Position numbers and translations under genes: made by a program. From Tubiluchus corallicola (taxonomy: Eukaryota; Animalia; Priapulida), in contig JAQGDQ010000598.1 in NCBI GenBank assembly GCA_030141605.1, forward strand, positions 67,813 to 131,812: a stretch of 64,000 nt of DNA, given 5' to 3'. The notes beneath the pieces are model-generated. The model was not told where the DNA came from and made no database searches. It was given only the letters and a program-made list of their open reading frames with translations. Of the stretch, positions 1 to 13,176 are shown piece after piece; position 1 is the stretch's first letter; each line of letters begins with the position of its first letter.

Positions 1-819
1 TGGGCAAAAATTCATTTTAATATATTTTGACACCGTGACATTGACCTTTGACCTTTCAGTGGTCGTTTATAGTCGGGTTTATGTGTGTCTAGCCAAACAA
101 TAAATCAAAACGGATGAAGTTTTTAATCAGCAACAAAGGGATGTCTGGCCAAGACCTGAAAATTCTTTGCTTTTTGTTTTAAATGAAAAAATAGATGGAG
201 CTGAAAAACCGTGTGTCTTAACCAAATTTGACACGTGGAAAAAACTTGGTCATTGTTTTTGTTCAAAAGGTCGAAAGTACACTTTGTATAAGTACCACAT
301 AACGAACAGGTGCAAGGTATTACATAACAAGCAGTTGTGTAGACTGCTTGAATATAAGCACTATGCAAATACATGAAATTAATGTAATGACCTTGTAGAA
401 ACTAGGTTAATAGTGTTTCTTGGTTTCTAATAGCCCAAATTAGGTTCATTCACAATAGAGATGGGCGGGAGGCGGGACAGAACTATCAGCCTGGGGCGTC
501 ATAAAGTCTTGTTACGCCCCCCCTGAGGACGAGTGTGGAATTTAAAGTGAAAACCCTGTATCAGTAGCCTCGTGTTGCACCACTTGGCCACTGCATACTA
601 ATTGATACTGAAAGAATTTAGCAAATCTTATTGAGGCAAAGATCACCGAAAAGTCATCGTGCTAAAAATGGATAGAATAGCAAGATTTAAGGCTCGATCA
701 GCAAAGTTTTTGTACGATGCGGTGATTCTCACAAGAAAACACACGAAGATCAAATCAGCACGAGTGTCGCGGATTATAAATGGTTTTGCTCATTTGCAAA
801 AAAGTACTTAAAGGTAAAG

Positions 820-950
820 AAAGTGAGGTCACGTGGTAAAACGTCACTGGTTTACTATCCCAGTGTGCACTAAAAAACGTCGACGACTCACTAAAGATGC
901 ATTGTTGATTTTACTGATAAGATAAAGTATTTTAAACTTTTGTTTAACTA
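820..950 (+). promoter_or_regulatory. Candidate promoter / first non-coding exon
   Basis: GTCACGTGG E-box near 828, an ACGTCA half-CRE, and a GTAAGT donor at 951. The transcription start cannot be determined. Confidence 0.3.
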
Positions 951-1577
951 GTAAGTGAATGCTCCGATTATTTTCTTTACATTAGACAATTGTTTTGTCC
1001 AGTTTGTCAGTCTGCATGTTGCAACCCACAACATAAATAAAAATGATGAACACTTTGGTACAGGTTGATTTCCTTTATTACTGTGCTAAAAAAAGTGAAG
1101 GCGGTGTAGAGGGGGGTGGGTTTCAACATAAACAGCAGTCTGAAATAACAATAGTAAAAAGCAACATTTAGAATTTAATAATTTACCTAGGTTTAACACA
1201 CTACAACAAAAATTAAATTTAAAGCGCTAACATCAGTTTAGGTAAATCAAAAAACCACAAAATATAATTTGAAGCAAACATACCTTAACAAACTACGTTA
1301 TGAAATTTGAAATCTGAACTTTACCAGCAGAGTATGAAACCTGAACTACTACTGCCCAACATACAATAGCCAGGACTCCTGTTACACCTCATTAATTTTA
1401 GTTGAAGCCCAGTAAATGGTATGTAAATAGATAGCAGAGTAAACAGCTTAAGAAATAGGTAAATGATTTTTACAGGCAAATAACCAAAAGATGGCAGCAC
1501 CTCCCTAAGATACTACAGATACTACCACTTTCTGCTAAATCTAATTATGATAAATAGTTCATAATCAACATAAAAAA

Positions 1578-2210
<633 letters not shown>

Positions 2211-2364
2211 ATTGTATGTTTACTACTAACAGTACTGAAATGTGCTTTTCACTAGATTTTTTCATGTCATATCAAGAGACAGTCTTCAATTTTGATTAAA
2301 AGTTTTTTGACATTTAAGTAGTAAAAATTATACAGAAGAAATTTACTTTGTTTATCATTTACAG

Positions 2365-2448
2365 ATTTGAACCCAGGTCTTTCAGATAAGAATTGAACTT
2401 TTAACTTCTACTTCCGTTACCTGCACAAGGTTTAAAAATCTATCAAAC
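2365..2448 (+). other. Candidate non-coding 5' UTR exon (84 nt)
   Basis: Pyrimidine-rich acceptor tttactttgtttatcatttacAG| at 2364 and donor AAC|GTGAGT at 2449, same strand as CNRIP1. Confidence 0.45.
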
Positions 2449-2582
2449 GTGAGTTTGCTTCCACATTAAAATTACTGGCCTAATTGATCATCATTATTTC
2501 AGAAACTTTTTATCCTTAATTAACTCGTAATCTAGAGCAAACCCATTTCACTCTAGTATGATGTCAAAGGGATGTAAAAGAC

Positions 2583-2985
2583 ATCATTCATTCACTCGTT
2601 CGTTCGTTCATTCATTCATTCATTAATTCATTCACTCAATCATGCATTCATTCATTCATTCATTCATTCGTGCGTTTATTTATTCATTCTTTCAATCGTT
2701 CATTCATTCGTTTATTCATTCGACTGTTCGTTCGTTTATTCAATCTTTCGTTCGTTCATTCATTCGTTTATTTATTCGTTTATTCATTTATTCATTCGAT
2801 TGCACGAATGTTCGTTTGCTCGTACAGTTTTCCATTCATTTAGGCATTCATTCATTCGTTCGTTCATTCTGTTTGTCTGTGTATCTGTCTGTCTCTCTGT
2901 CTGTCTGTCTGTCTGCCTGTCTGCTTGCCTGTCTGTCTGTGTCTGTCTATCTGCCTGCCTGCCTGTCTATCTATCTGTCTGTCTG
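2583..2985. repeat. Degenerate (CATT)n followed by (CTGT)n microsatellite
   Basis: Direct reading. Confidence 0.95.
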
Positions 2986-3716
2986 GTATTTGGCTTACTA
3001 TTTTACTGACATGTCCTTTGGGTAACTAGACAATTTCAAATTAAAATTCACTAGTCACTTCTTCGTCGAAAATTCTGTTTTTCCACTTGGCTTGTGATGT
3101 TTACTTTTCTCTAAGAAATGTTGCATCCTCCTTGGAGACCACACTGATCAATCTGATGAGGATGCAGACTTAGAGGGATGTAAACGTGCAGCGTGTACTG
3201 ATTGACCAGCATCCAGTGCCAAACACTGCAGCTCTGCTTTTATAAGGTGTCTAATATTTCCAGTAAAATCGCCTCTCGCTCAGAGAAGCCAAGTTAACTA
3301 CTATAAAATCAATAGAGCCGACTCGTAAGCACACGCGTCGTGGCTGGACGGTTTGAAGCCCGGTGACAGCTCAGTGCCTTGCCGGCTTCCCTAGTTGCGA
3401 GTGACACTGTCTCACAGCGTGGAGAATTTAATTCGTGTAACAATAACCAGGCCTAGCTAGGAAGTAAAACACACTAGCTTCGTTCGTGTGTGGAAAGTGA
3501 CGTGTTGTGTGAAATTGTTTGTTTTAAACACATTAATTGGCTTTTATTAGCGTTAATTTGCAAATAGATGATTTGAGCATTGTTGAAACTGCCTGATAAA
3601 AATTTCGCATAAAAGTTTTTTTGACATTGTAACTACTACATTCTTATGGTCAGTGCCGTGTGCCCAACTTACAATAACGTCTGAAACGTTCCTAAACATG
3701 TTTTCGTGTCCCTAAG

Positions 3717-3925
3717 GTTCCGTGAGAGTGGACAGCGGATCTGGAAAGGCGATGATGGTGCAATTGTAAAACGAGTTCATGTGTTTCTGGCCGAGTCAGA
3801 AAGACAGGGTTCGTCGCTTGCTCAAGCCTCGAGTAACAGGTTTACCAACTAAGCTCATCAGTTGATGAGAGAGAAAGAGAGAAGCAGGCAGTTGTCTTTG
3901 ACGACGTTAGGAGTAAAACGAGCTC
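3717..3925 (+). other. Probable 5' UTR part of the CNRIP1 coding exon
   Basis: Acceptor-like ttttcgtgtccctaAG|G at 3715-3716, preceded by branch-like cctaaac. The downstream sequence is GC-richer than the flanks. Confidence 0.5.
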
Positions 3926-4146
3926 ATGATTCGATACCGGCCTAGAACAACCGATCCTCTCCACCTATCTATGCGCCATCCTCCGGCGAATTTCACCGCC
4001 ACCGTCTCATTCCGGCTGGTGCCCGAGTCCACCACTGCCTTTTTCAAAATAGATGGTCAGCGGTTCGAAAATGAACGAACTGTAAAGTTTCACGCTCAAA
4101 GCAAGTATACGGTGGAGTTGACGTTCAAACCAAGTCAGATATTAGA
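3926..4146 (+). CDS. CNRIP1: First coding exon of a CB1 cannabinoid receptor-interacting protein 1 (CRIP1a) homologue
   Basis: Translation FTATVSFRLVPESTTAFFKIDGQRFENERTVKFHAQSKYTVELTFKPSQIL aligns by eye with the vertebrate CNRIP1 N-terminus ([45 protein letters not shown]). The apparent TAA stop lies inside a canonical donor GA|GTAAGT (intron starts 4147, phase 2). Alternative ATG at 3971. Confidence 0.9.
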
Positions 4147-4797
4147 GTAAGTACCTGCGTCTTATTGTATTGCTACTGTTTGTGTTTGTTGATCAGGTTA
4201 TGAAAACTACATTTCCATCAGCAAACACCAACTTGTGTTTATTAATTTTTCCTATTGGTGAGTAACTGCCATGGCGAAGAGTTGCAGTACAAAGTCTGAC
4301 ATTATTGTTGCAAATTACAAGCCTAAACAAAAAACTACATGAATAAGTAAACACGTGACAACAGCCAGGTCTGTGCTGTTATAGTCCTGGGAAAGAACAG
4401 ATAGTTCTCAACTCTGTCTTAACTTTATTTAAATGTGTAATTTGAAAAGTATATTTCAAACCTGTATTGCAACACGGCACCAAGGTGGCTGGCTCACCAC
4501 TGATTGTAGCTAATAATCACAAACTAGAATGTGTTGACATAGATTATTGCAAGCAAAACTCAATTTAAACCATATAACGCAACCCAGCAAACATACTTGC
4601 CGGCATTTTATTTGCAAAATCAATAAGAAGGATCTTTGCATTTAGCTGTACATCACTGTCATGTAGCGACCGTGTAAGGCGAAGAAAGATCGCGTGTTTT
4701 GAAAATGTTAGGCAAGTTTGACGATCTTGCAACTCCACAGATCACATATTGGCAAGGCAATGTTTAGTTTTTTTTTGCTGGATTACTGCTGTGTTTA

Positions 4798-5047
4798 GTT
4801 TAAACATAATTTATTATAGGATTGGATCAGACAGTTTGAGCAACATGATTTAGGATCCTCACCACAACAGACTTTATACACTATTTACAAAAACATTTAC
4901 AGTAAGAAAGGACTATAACTACATCAGGTGACAAGTTTTACTACAAGATTACATTTGACATTAGTAGAAAATGACGGTTAGAAAATATTAATGTACGAAT
5001 ATGTAAGACTGATGCATTTCATATCAGATAGAAACAACTGGAAGCGT
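4798..5047 (-). mobile_element. Short 5'-truncated non-LTR retroelement 3' end with TSD
   Basis: Flanked by the direct repeat TTACTGCTGTGTTTA (about 4783-4797 and 5048-5062). AATAAA on the minus strand near the left end. Confidence 0.55.
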
Positions 5048-5209
5048 TTACTGCTGTGTTTATCTGTCCTGAGAGCGGACTTTGTTAGAATTCTGCTCCC
5101 AGTGTCTACCGTTGATCACATACTGGCAAGGCAGGGTCTAGTTTTTTTCTTGTTGGATTACTGCTGTGTTTATCTGTCTTGAGAGCGAGCGGTCTTTGTG
5201 TTAGAATTC

Positions 5210-5724
5210 ATGTATTGTCTTCATTTCATGTATCAATTCACTACTTCCACCAGCTTTTCAGTCATACTTTAGTCCAGGTTAAAGTCAACATGATCATTAC
5301 ACAAGATATTCAGTCGGAAACTATGTACTCCCTCTTTCAAAAACAAATATAATGAAACAGTCATCAAAATATAATGCTGTTAAAATATGGTCATCAATTC
5401 CGCGTGAAATGAAAACTCTTAATCTTTATCAATTTAAAAAAGCATCAAAGAATTACCTACTACAACGGTATAATTAACCCACAATTTTACTCATCCTGAT
5501 CTTAAGTTACTAACAAAACTTATTTTGTTGTAATGTACGTTATAACTGATGAAAATGCTATGTAATTTAATTGTCAATTGTTCCACTTATCTGGAGGAGG
5601 ACTCGAAAGCTCAATGCTCCTTCCCCCTCCTCACAGTAACTCGTTTAGTTTATAATTTTTTTTCAATGTAATATCAATTTGTATGTATGTTTGTGTTGCT
5701 GTGGAAAAAATTCATAATTCAATT
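5210..5724 (+). mobile_element. CR1/L2-group LINE 3' remnant
   Basis: Degenerate ORF2 C-terminus HDHYTRYS...KTNIMKQSSKYNAVKIWSSIPREMKTLNLYQFKKASKNYLL*, followed by an AT-rich 3' UTR and an (AATTC) tail. Confidence 0.7.
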
Positions 5725-6189
5725 CTGCTGCCCAGTCTCTACAGTAGATGTAACAGACGTAATATGATGATGATGGTATCAATTATAATATTATTATAAT
5801 CAGAATTTCATAGTCTGTAAATTATAGCTGAGTTTATGGGCCTAATTGTTAAACAAATGTGTAATGCATACGCTCAAACCAAAGTTGCGTTCCCATATCT
5901 ATGTTAGTTTATTCTGCAAAAAATACAAATTTTCTGTAATCTACAATTACTACTTCTACAAAACTATTGAAATAAGTGCTAGAAAATAAGTGCTACACAT
6001 TACTACGTTACACTAAAAAGTTAAAATGCATACATACATTGTTGGTCCAATATTGAGTCGAGAAGAAGCCAGAATGTCAGTAAAAGGTAGCAGTAGCAGC
6101 ATAATTACAAGTCAAATTTTAAAGGTAACAGAGACGTTTGTACATAACAAGTTCCACCTATAGTCCTATACAATATCAGAGTAGAAAAA

Positions 6190-6675
6190 GTAGTCTAGCT
6201 TGTTGAACTACAGTCTAATATATTGTGGCTTCTAATGCATATACTACCTTTTGAATTGGTAGTCTAGCTTGTTGAACTACAGTCTAATATATTGTGGCTT
6301 CTAATGCATATACTACCTTGGGAAGGGGTAGTCTAGCTTATTGAACTACAGTCTAATATATTGTGGCTTCTAATGCATATACTACCTTGGGAAGGGGTAG
6401 TCTAGCTTGCTGAACTACAGTCTAATATATTGTGGCTTCTAATGCATATACTACCTTGGGAAGGGGTAGTCTAGCTTGCTGAACTACAGTCTAATATATT
6501 GTGGCTTCTAATGCATATACTACCTAGGGAAGGGGTACTCTAGCTTGCTGAACTACAGTCTAATATATTGTGGCTTCTAATGCATATACTACCTTGGGAA
6601 GGGGTAGTCTAGCTTGCTGAACTACAGTCTAATATATTGTGGCTTCTAATGCATATACTACCTTGGGAAGGGGTA
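6190..6675. repeat. Minisatellite, 69-bp unit x7
   Basis: GTAGTCTAGCTT...CCTTGGGAAGGG recurs at 6190, 6259, 6328 and onward. Confidence 0.97.
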
Positions 6676-7249
6676 TTGGACCAAAACATTTGTACCTGGA
6701 ACAAAATGTCATGTGGCATTACGTCTTAATGACTAAACACGATCGAGGCCATGCGCCAATTTCATAAGAAGTGAAAGAATTTTGAGAAAGTTTAAAGGTA
6801 TGCTGTCCTGAATAATATTTTAGTAAATATAAATACAAACAAGTAAACAGTGTATTTTAATTTTCATATCCGACGTCGTTATTTGCGTCTCTACTTTATG
6901 AAAACTTTTCTTACCATGGAAAATAATGATATTACCCATCATAATGTATGTAGGTTTAATTACCCTATATAAGAAAGTGTTTTATAGATGAAAATTGTAC
7001 ACAAAAAAGGACATTCACTGTTAACGGCTATAGGGCTACAACAGAAAATTGAAAAAGTAAATTTATACAAGTCCAGCAAAATGCAATTAACGCTACTGGT
7101 TTGCTAATGAGATGTTATATTTATTATTTATGTTTCGCTCAGCTGCCTGAAAATGAATGTATTTGTAGATTGTAATGATTACTGTTACATTACGAGATGT
7201 TATCCCAGTTAATTTACTAAACATTGTTACTTTTTGCTACAGCCTTACA

Positions 7250-8580
7250 AATATCAGAGTATTCATTTTGCTACCACTAATTCTATTTTTATTCTACATG
7301 CAAAATAAGTTGATTTTAAGTACAGATTTTCCCGGGCCTCTTATCTGCGGAATTCACTACCGCTGTTTTTGAAGCAGGCGAGGTTGCACTTATCGGGGAA
7401 TTATTTTCGAGTAGTGAATTCCATAGATAAGAGGTCCGAAAAAATCTGTATCTAAAAACAGCTGTTTTGCATGTAATGGTTCTAAAATAAAGCAGAATAC
7501 TCTGATAATCATAAGCTTGTAGAAAACCTAGCAATGTTTAATATTTCTATTGTTATTATTCTTTATTCTTAAAAACTATGTACAGAGTACATTCCCTTTG
7601 TTTGTAGGAATGTGTTTAAAATTCCTAAAAGCATTTACAAAGTATTAAACATATTCTAATATATATTCTAACGCATGAGACACATTGAACGACAACGATC
7701 ATATACTATAGACATGGTTACAAATTATAATCCAACACTATATGCATGCGTAATAAAAGATAATGAACATATTTTAATACTTAGTAACAAAAATTTACAC
7801 ACATAATACACTGAAAAACAGCGAGTACAATTATAATAAACATAATTACCAATTCTAATGTAAATTCACATAATCATAAATAAAAACAAAACAGCATATA
7901 GAAAACACGACGAGAGTTGTAAAATTTCATCATCAACAGACGGCTTATATACGGGCGAAAGACGATAGAAATTCATCCGAGATAAGATTTGCAAAAGCAT
8001 TTATAGTATTTTTTCCCGGCTATTGAAAACATAGTCCGAATCTCAGGTAGGCAGAGTGCTAATAAAATCATTTCTTTTGGCTTGGTTTACTAACGTACAT
8101 TCAAATAATAAATGATGTAATGTATAATGTTTAGTAAGTCAACTTGTATAACATTTTACAATTTAGATTTAGATTTAATATTTTATTTCAGACTTCACAA
8201 AGTTCATATACACATCACAAATTAATACAAATAATACAATAAATCATGAAACATAACAATAACACAAATAACAATTAACGATATAACAAACTACGCCAAT
8301 GACATCTAATTACAGAAGTAAAGTTTGCATCACTGTTTAAAATGTTCTTGCATATAAAATTTTCACTGTTATTTAGCCTGACGTGTAAACTGTATGCACA
8401 TTTTCTGTGAATCACATCAAAATAAATAATATTAAGTCTAGTAGAAATATATCTAGCGCTCGTATCATACGAAATGTTAAACAGCTTCCGTGTTGATACA
8501 TTATATGCAACCTTGAGTTTGCTAAGATTGTAAGAATAAAAATGTCTCCAAGTAACAATGTAACAATAATTTTTATTCAG
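7250..8580 (-). mobile_element. Cluster of decayed LINE 3' fragments (CR1/L2-like)
   Basis: Minus-strand motifs such as FRYRFFRTSYLWNSL. 7720-7975 recurs at about 21600-21850. Confidence 0.5.
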
Positions 8581-8974
8581 TAACTGAGCTACTGGGACCA
8601 GCTGCGTAACATCAACCCAACAAACTAAATCGCCTATGCTTTTATGATCAGAACGCTATGTCTATGACGCCCTTTTTAATTTGCTGATTATAATGGATTG
8701 CGGCAAGTGACGAGAGCTTACACAATGCTGGCTATTATTGATTTACACATTTATACTACGGGAGAGGTCTGCGTAACAGTGGTTACAACGGGGCCGTACA
8801 CTATTATGATTATTTACTCTGTGGATTGGCTGTTATGGAGTCATAGATATCGTTTCGGCGTTGCTTTGACAACCCTTTTGTACTCGACTAGCACATCAAA
8901 TGCATTTTAAATTGGATTAGTTTATTATGCATTAATAGGAAAGCGTTATCACAGCGCACGTCGCTATGAATGAT

Positions 8975-9151
<177 letters not shown>

Positions 9152-9159
9152 CTTTGTAT

Positions 9160-9390
9160 GAACGATTAACACAAGCTCCACAGAGCTTTTGGACCGACTG
9201 TAAACAACAACCTACAACTACATAACAGAGACTATTATCACCCCACTTTTACCCTAAACGCCACGCGCCAGGCAGGGCAACAGCAGGTACCATTTTTTTA
9301 AATCTTTGGTATGACACGGCTGCTGTATCGAATTAAGAACATCCCAGGTAGAAAGCAGACGCATTACCACTAGACCAAACCGTCTAGTTT
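9160..9390 (-). mobile_element. tRNA-derived SINE, probably with a Meta/MESC-like central domain
   Basis: Minus strand has a box A-like TGGTCTAGTGGTA and a degenerate box B (TTCGATAC), then GTCATACCAAAGATTTAAAAAAATGGTACCTGCTG. It ends against the microsatellite. The domain assignment is from memory. Confidence 0.6.
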
Positions 9391-9759
9391 GATAAACTAT
9401 CAAATCTGTCTTAGATAATCAAATCTTTCTTAGATAGTAATAATAGTGAACAATAGTTATATGGTTCCTGAACTTAAGTCTGGTTTACACTACGGCAACT
9501 AAGATGCGATTTGTCAACACAGACGAGGACAACACAGCAGTTTCCACTGCAGTTTAAGTGTATGATCCTGATTCCTTGAATCAGTTGTTGTCATTAACGG
9601 AAGTGTAAAGATCTCATTGACATTTCGATCCATTCATAAAAAATACATTGCGTAGATTGTAGACCAAAGATAAGATGGGCGTCACAGATCTTTGATCAAC
9701 CACAACAAAATGCAGCGTAAAAATGATGAATTCGTTATAATAATAGAACAGCGAGAACG

Positions 9760-9826
9760 ATAATGACAACCACAGCAACAATAGCAACAACAACAACAAG
9801 AACAACAACCACAACAACAACAACAG

Positions 9827-9891
<65 letters not shown>

Positions 9892-9926
9892 GTAATAATA
9901 ATATCAGCTGCAACAATTACAACAAT

Positions 9927-9974
<48 letters not shown>

Positions 9975-9992
9975 GACAACAATAACAACAAC

Positions 9993-10048
<56 letters not shown>

Positions 10049-10105
10049 CAACAACAACAACAACAACAACAATAGTAACAATAACAATAACAATAACAAT
10101 GACAA
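9760..10105. repeat. Compound (AAC)/(AAT) microsatellite
   Basis: Direct reading. Confidence 0.97.
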
Positions 10106-10754
10106 TGTGCCAAATGTATTCTCACAAGAGCTTATTTAAACTGAAATATCGCCAGCAACGTAAGTTTACTAAAAAGTAACATTGCACTTTTATTATCACT
10201 GAACATCATTACCCTGATACGTTTTGGCTTTTTCCAGCAGCCACAACCCTGATGAAAAAATGGTTTCATCTAATTGGTTTCGCCACTAAATTGAACTTTT
10301 TTTATCACAAATTGAGCGCAACAATGGCGTGAAAAAATCTGGAACGTATCTGGGCCATGACGTTACCGTGAGAGGCCTAATAAAATCACACATTTAGGAA
10401 ACACTTGCGTCTTTATTGTTGATATAACTTACAGACTTCTGGAAGCACCGCCATCTTTACACGACAACTACAGTTGAGCAGCAAGAAGCAAAGTTTACAC
10501 AGCATTACAAATCTCAGACTCTTTTGTCACCTTTTAACATCAATGTTTACGCTCTTGCGACAAATGGACTTGTACGTCTGTTCCTGCGCAAGAACTATAA
10601 CCTAGATAACTCTATGAACACTCAAATTTTTGTAACAAACTCTTTGAAGAAACGTTTATTTCATACACTAAGCGCTTTAAACAGTATTAACTATCTTGTT
10701 ATATAGTTATGTTCATAATACGTTTGTTATACATTGTTGTTAGCATTGTTCTGC

Positions 10755-11660
10755 ATCTGTCTGTGACGTTTCGCTCTCACTAGGGGAGAACATGTATCAT
10801 TTGTAAAACTGTCTGTTTCAAACCTAGTCTGTCTGATTGTGAAGGAATGAAAGGTCCTGCTTTTCTTGATAATAGAAGTTTTTATCTGTTTCTGACGTTT
10901 CGGTACCACTAGGGGAGAACATGTGTCATTTGTAAAACTGTCTATTTCAGACCTAGTCTGTCTGATTGTGAAGGAATGAAGGGTTGTGCTTTTCTTGATA
11001 ATAGAAGTTGTTATCTGTCTCTGACGTTTCGGTACCACTAGGGGAGAACATGTATCATTTGTAAAACTGTCTGTTTCAAACCTAGTCTGTCTGATGGTGA
11101 CGGAATGAAAGGTCCTGTTTTTCTTGATAATAGAAGTTTTTATCTGTTTCTGACGTTTCGGTACCACTAGGGGAGAACATGTATCATTTGTAAAACTGTC
11201 TATTTCAGACCTAGTCTGTCTGATTGTGAAGGAATGAAGGGTTGTGCTTTTCTTGATAATAGAAGTTGTTATCTGTCTGTGACGTTTCGGTACCACTAGG
11301 GGAGAAAATGTATCATTTGTAAAACTGTCTGTTTCAACTCCAGTCTGTCTGATGGTGATGGAATGAATGGTTGTGCTTTTCCTGATAACAGAAGTTTTTA
11401 TCTGTCTCTGACGTTCCGCTCCCACTAGGGGAGAACATGTATCATTTGTAAAACTGTCTGTTTCAAACCCAGTCTGTCTGATGGTGATGGAATGAAAGGT
11501 TGTGCTTTTCTTGATAATAGAAGTTTTTATCTGTCTCTGACGTTCCGCTACCACTAGGGGAGAACATGTATCATTTGTAAAACTGTCTGTTTCAATTCCA
11601 GTCTGTCTGATGGCGTTGGAATGAAAGGTTGTGCTTTTCTTGATAATAGAAGTTTTTATA
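10755..11660. repeat. Minisatellite, 129-bp unit x7 (stop-free in one minus-strand frame)
   Basis: CACTAGGGG at 10778, 10907, 11036, 11165, 11294, 11423 and 11552. Confidence 0.97.
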
Positions 11661-12529
11661 AAAATATTAATAGCGAGCTATTAAGGAAACAAAACGCTTG
11701 AAACAAATAGATAAACGAAATAAAATAACATTTAATTAAATATGGACACATAATCAATAAATTCCAGCAAATTCGCAGTAAATTCACACTTAGTTCGACC
11801 ACTGCGATGGGTCATCCTTATAAGCGTTTTCTTCCTACGTGTAACAAAACTGCAAGGCAAAATTCAGAACTACTTCGCTTTGGAATTCTCTGTCGTCTCA
11901 TGTTATTATAGCTCCCTCTTTAGCTTTGCTCAAAACCGCTCTAAAATTTGTAATTTCAATAATCTTCTTCAAAAATTCTCACTAGTTTTGAGGATGCTCA
12001 GTGTCCTGAATTCCAGTGTACATACAATTTGTAAATATTTATTTTACAATAGTCACTCATTTTTATGTGGTTTATATTTATGGTTGATTTATAAATTTTC
12101 ACTCAAGTATCTTTTTATGCTCATTGGTCGTAATTTTATAAAATTTTAACAATATTAACCTGTGGGGTTCCCTAAGTCACTACCATAAAGTTGGAAGCAA
12201 TTTTTTTAACAAAAATAATAATAAATTTATTTGGAAGTGTAAATACAAATACAATATCAAGAAACACTGGGAAAAAAATAGATATTAATAACAATGATTA
12301 TATGATAAATGGCAAAAACCAGAAGTAAAACTTGTTAGGTGCTTGCACCATTATAAACACGTCCAAATAATGAGAAAAAAAAGAACAAAAAAAACGAAAG
12401 TTTTTAGGCAATTTAAAAAATAACAGTTGTGCAAAGTAAGGATAGAAGTGATGGATAAAAGAATGTTTAAAAGGGTAGGAAGAGTGGCTTGTGGAGATTC
12501 GGCTCATAAAATTTGAGTGTCCGAGTGAG

Positions 12530-12826
12530 TATGATTGTGGTTTTGATTGTGATTCTGATTGTGATTTTGATTGTGATTCTGATTGTGATTTTGATTGTGA
12601 TTGTGATTTTGATTGTGATTCTGATTGTGATTCTGATTTTGATTGTGATTTTGATTGTGATTGTGATTGTGATTGTGATTTTGATTGTGACTGTGATTGT
12701 GATTGTGATTCTGATTTTGATTGTGATTTTGATTGTGATTGTGATTGTGATTGTGATTGTGATTGTGATTGTGATTGTGACTGTGATTGTGACTGTGATT
12801 GTGACTGTGATTGTGGTTGTGATTTT
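12530..12826. repeat. (GATTGT)n hexanucleotide microsatellite
   Basis: Direct reading. Confidence 0.97.
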
Positions 12827-13176
12827 GTGTATCGGATTTTTCTGCCTGGTTAGCACTAGTTGCTCAAAAACCTTTAACTTTTTACGATTTATTTGTGGTG
12901 CCTTATTACTTTGTTAAAAATGCAAGTGAAATCCAATTTCATTAATCCCTTTGTGGTCTCTAGATTTCTTAATTCCGCCCCCACTTTGAATTATTATCTG
13001 TTAATTTTTCAGCATTATACCTTTCAGTGGCGTCGCTAAAAATCGCGAAACTAAATTAAATTATAAATGCAATAAAAAAGAATCCTCATTTCAACATGTT
13101 ATAAAACTTCTATCCAACTTTAGTATTCTAATATGAGTTTTATTTAGTAATACTAAAAGAGAAAAACCACAGTAAT

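Noticed and set aside
3926-4150. Complete 74-aa protein as given by the ORF track
   Set aside because: The TAA is part of the GTAAGT splice donor, and the homology covers only the N-terminal third of CNRIP1.
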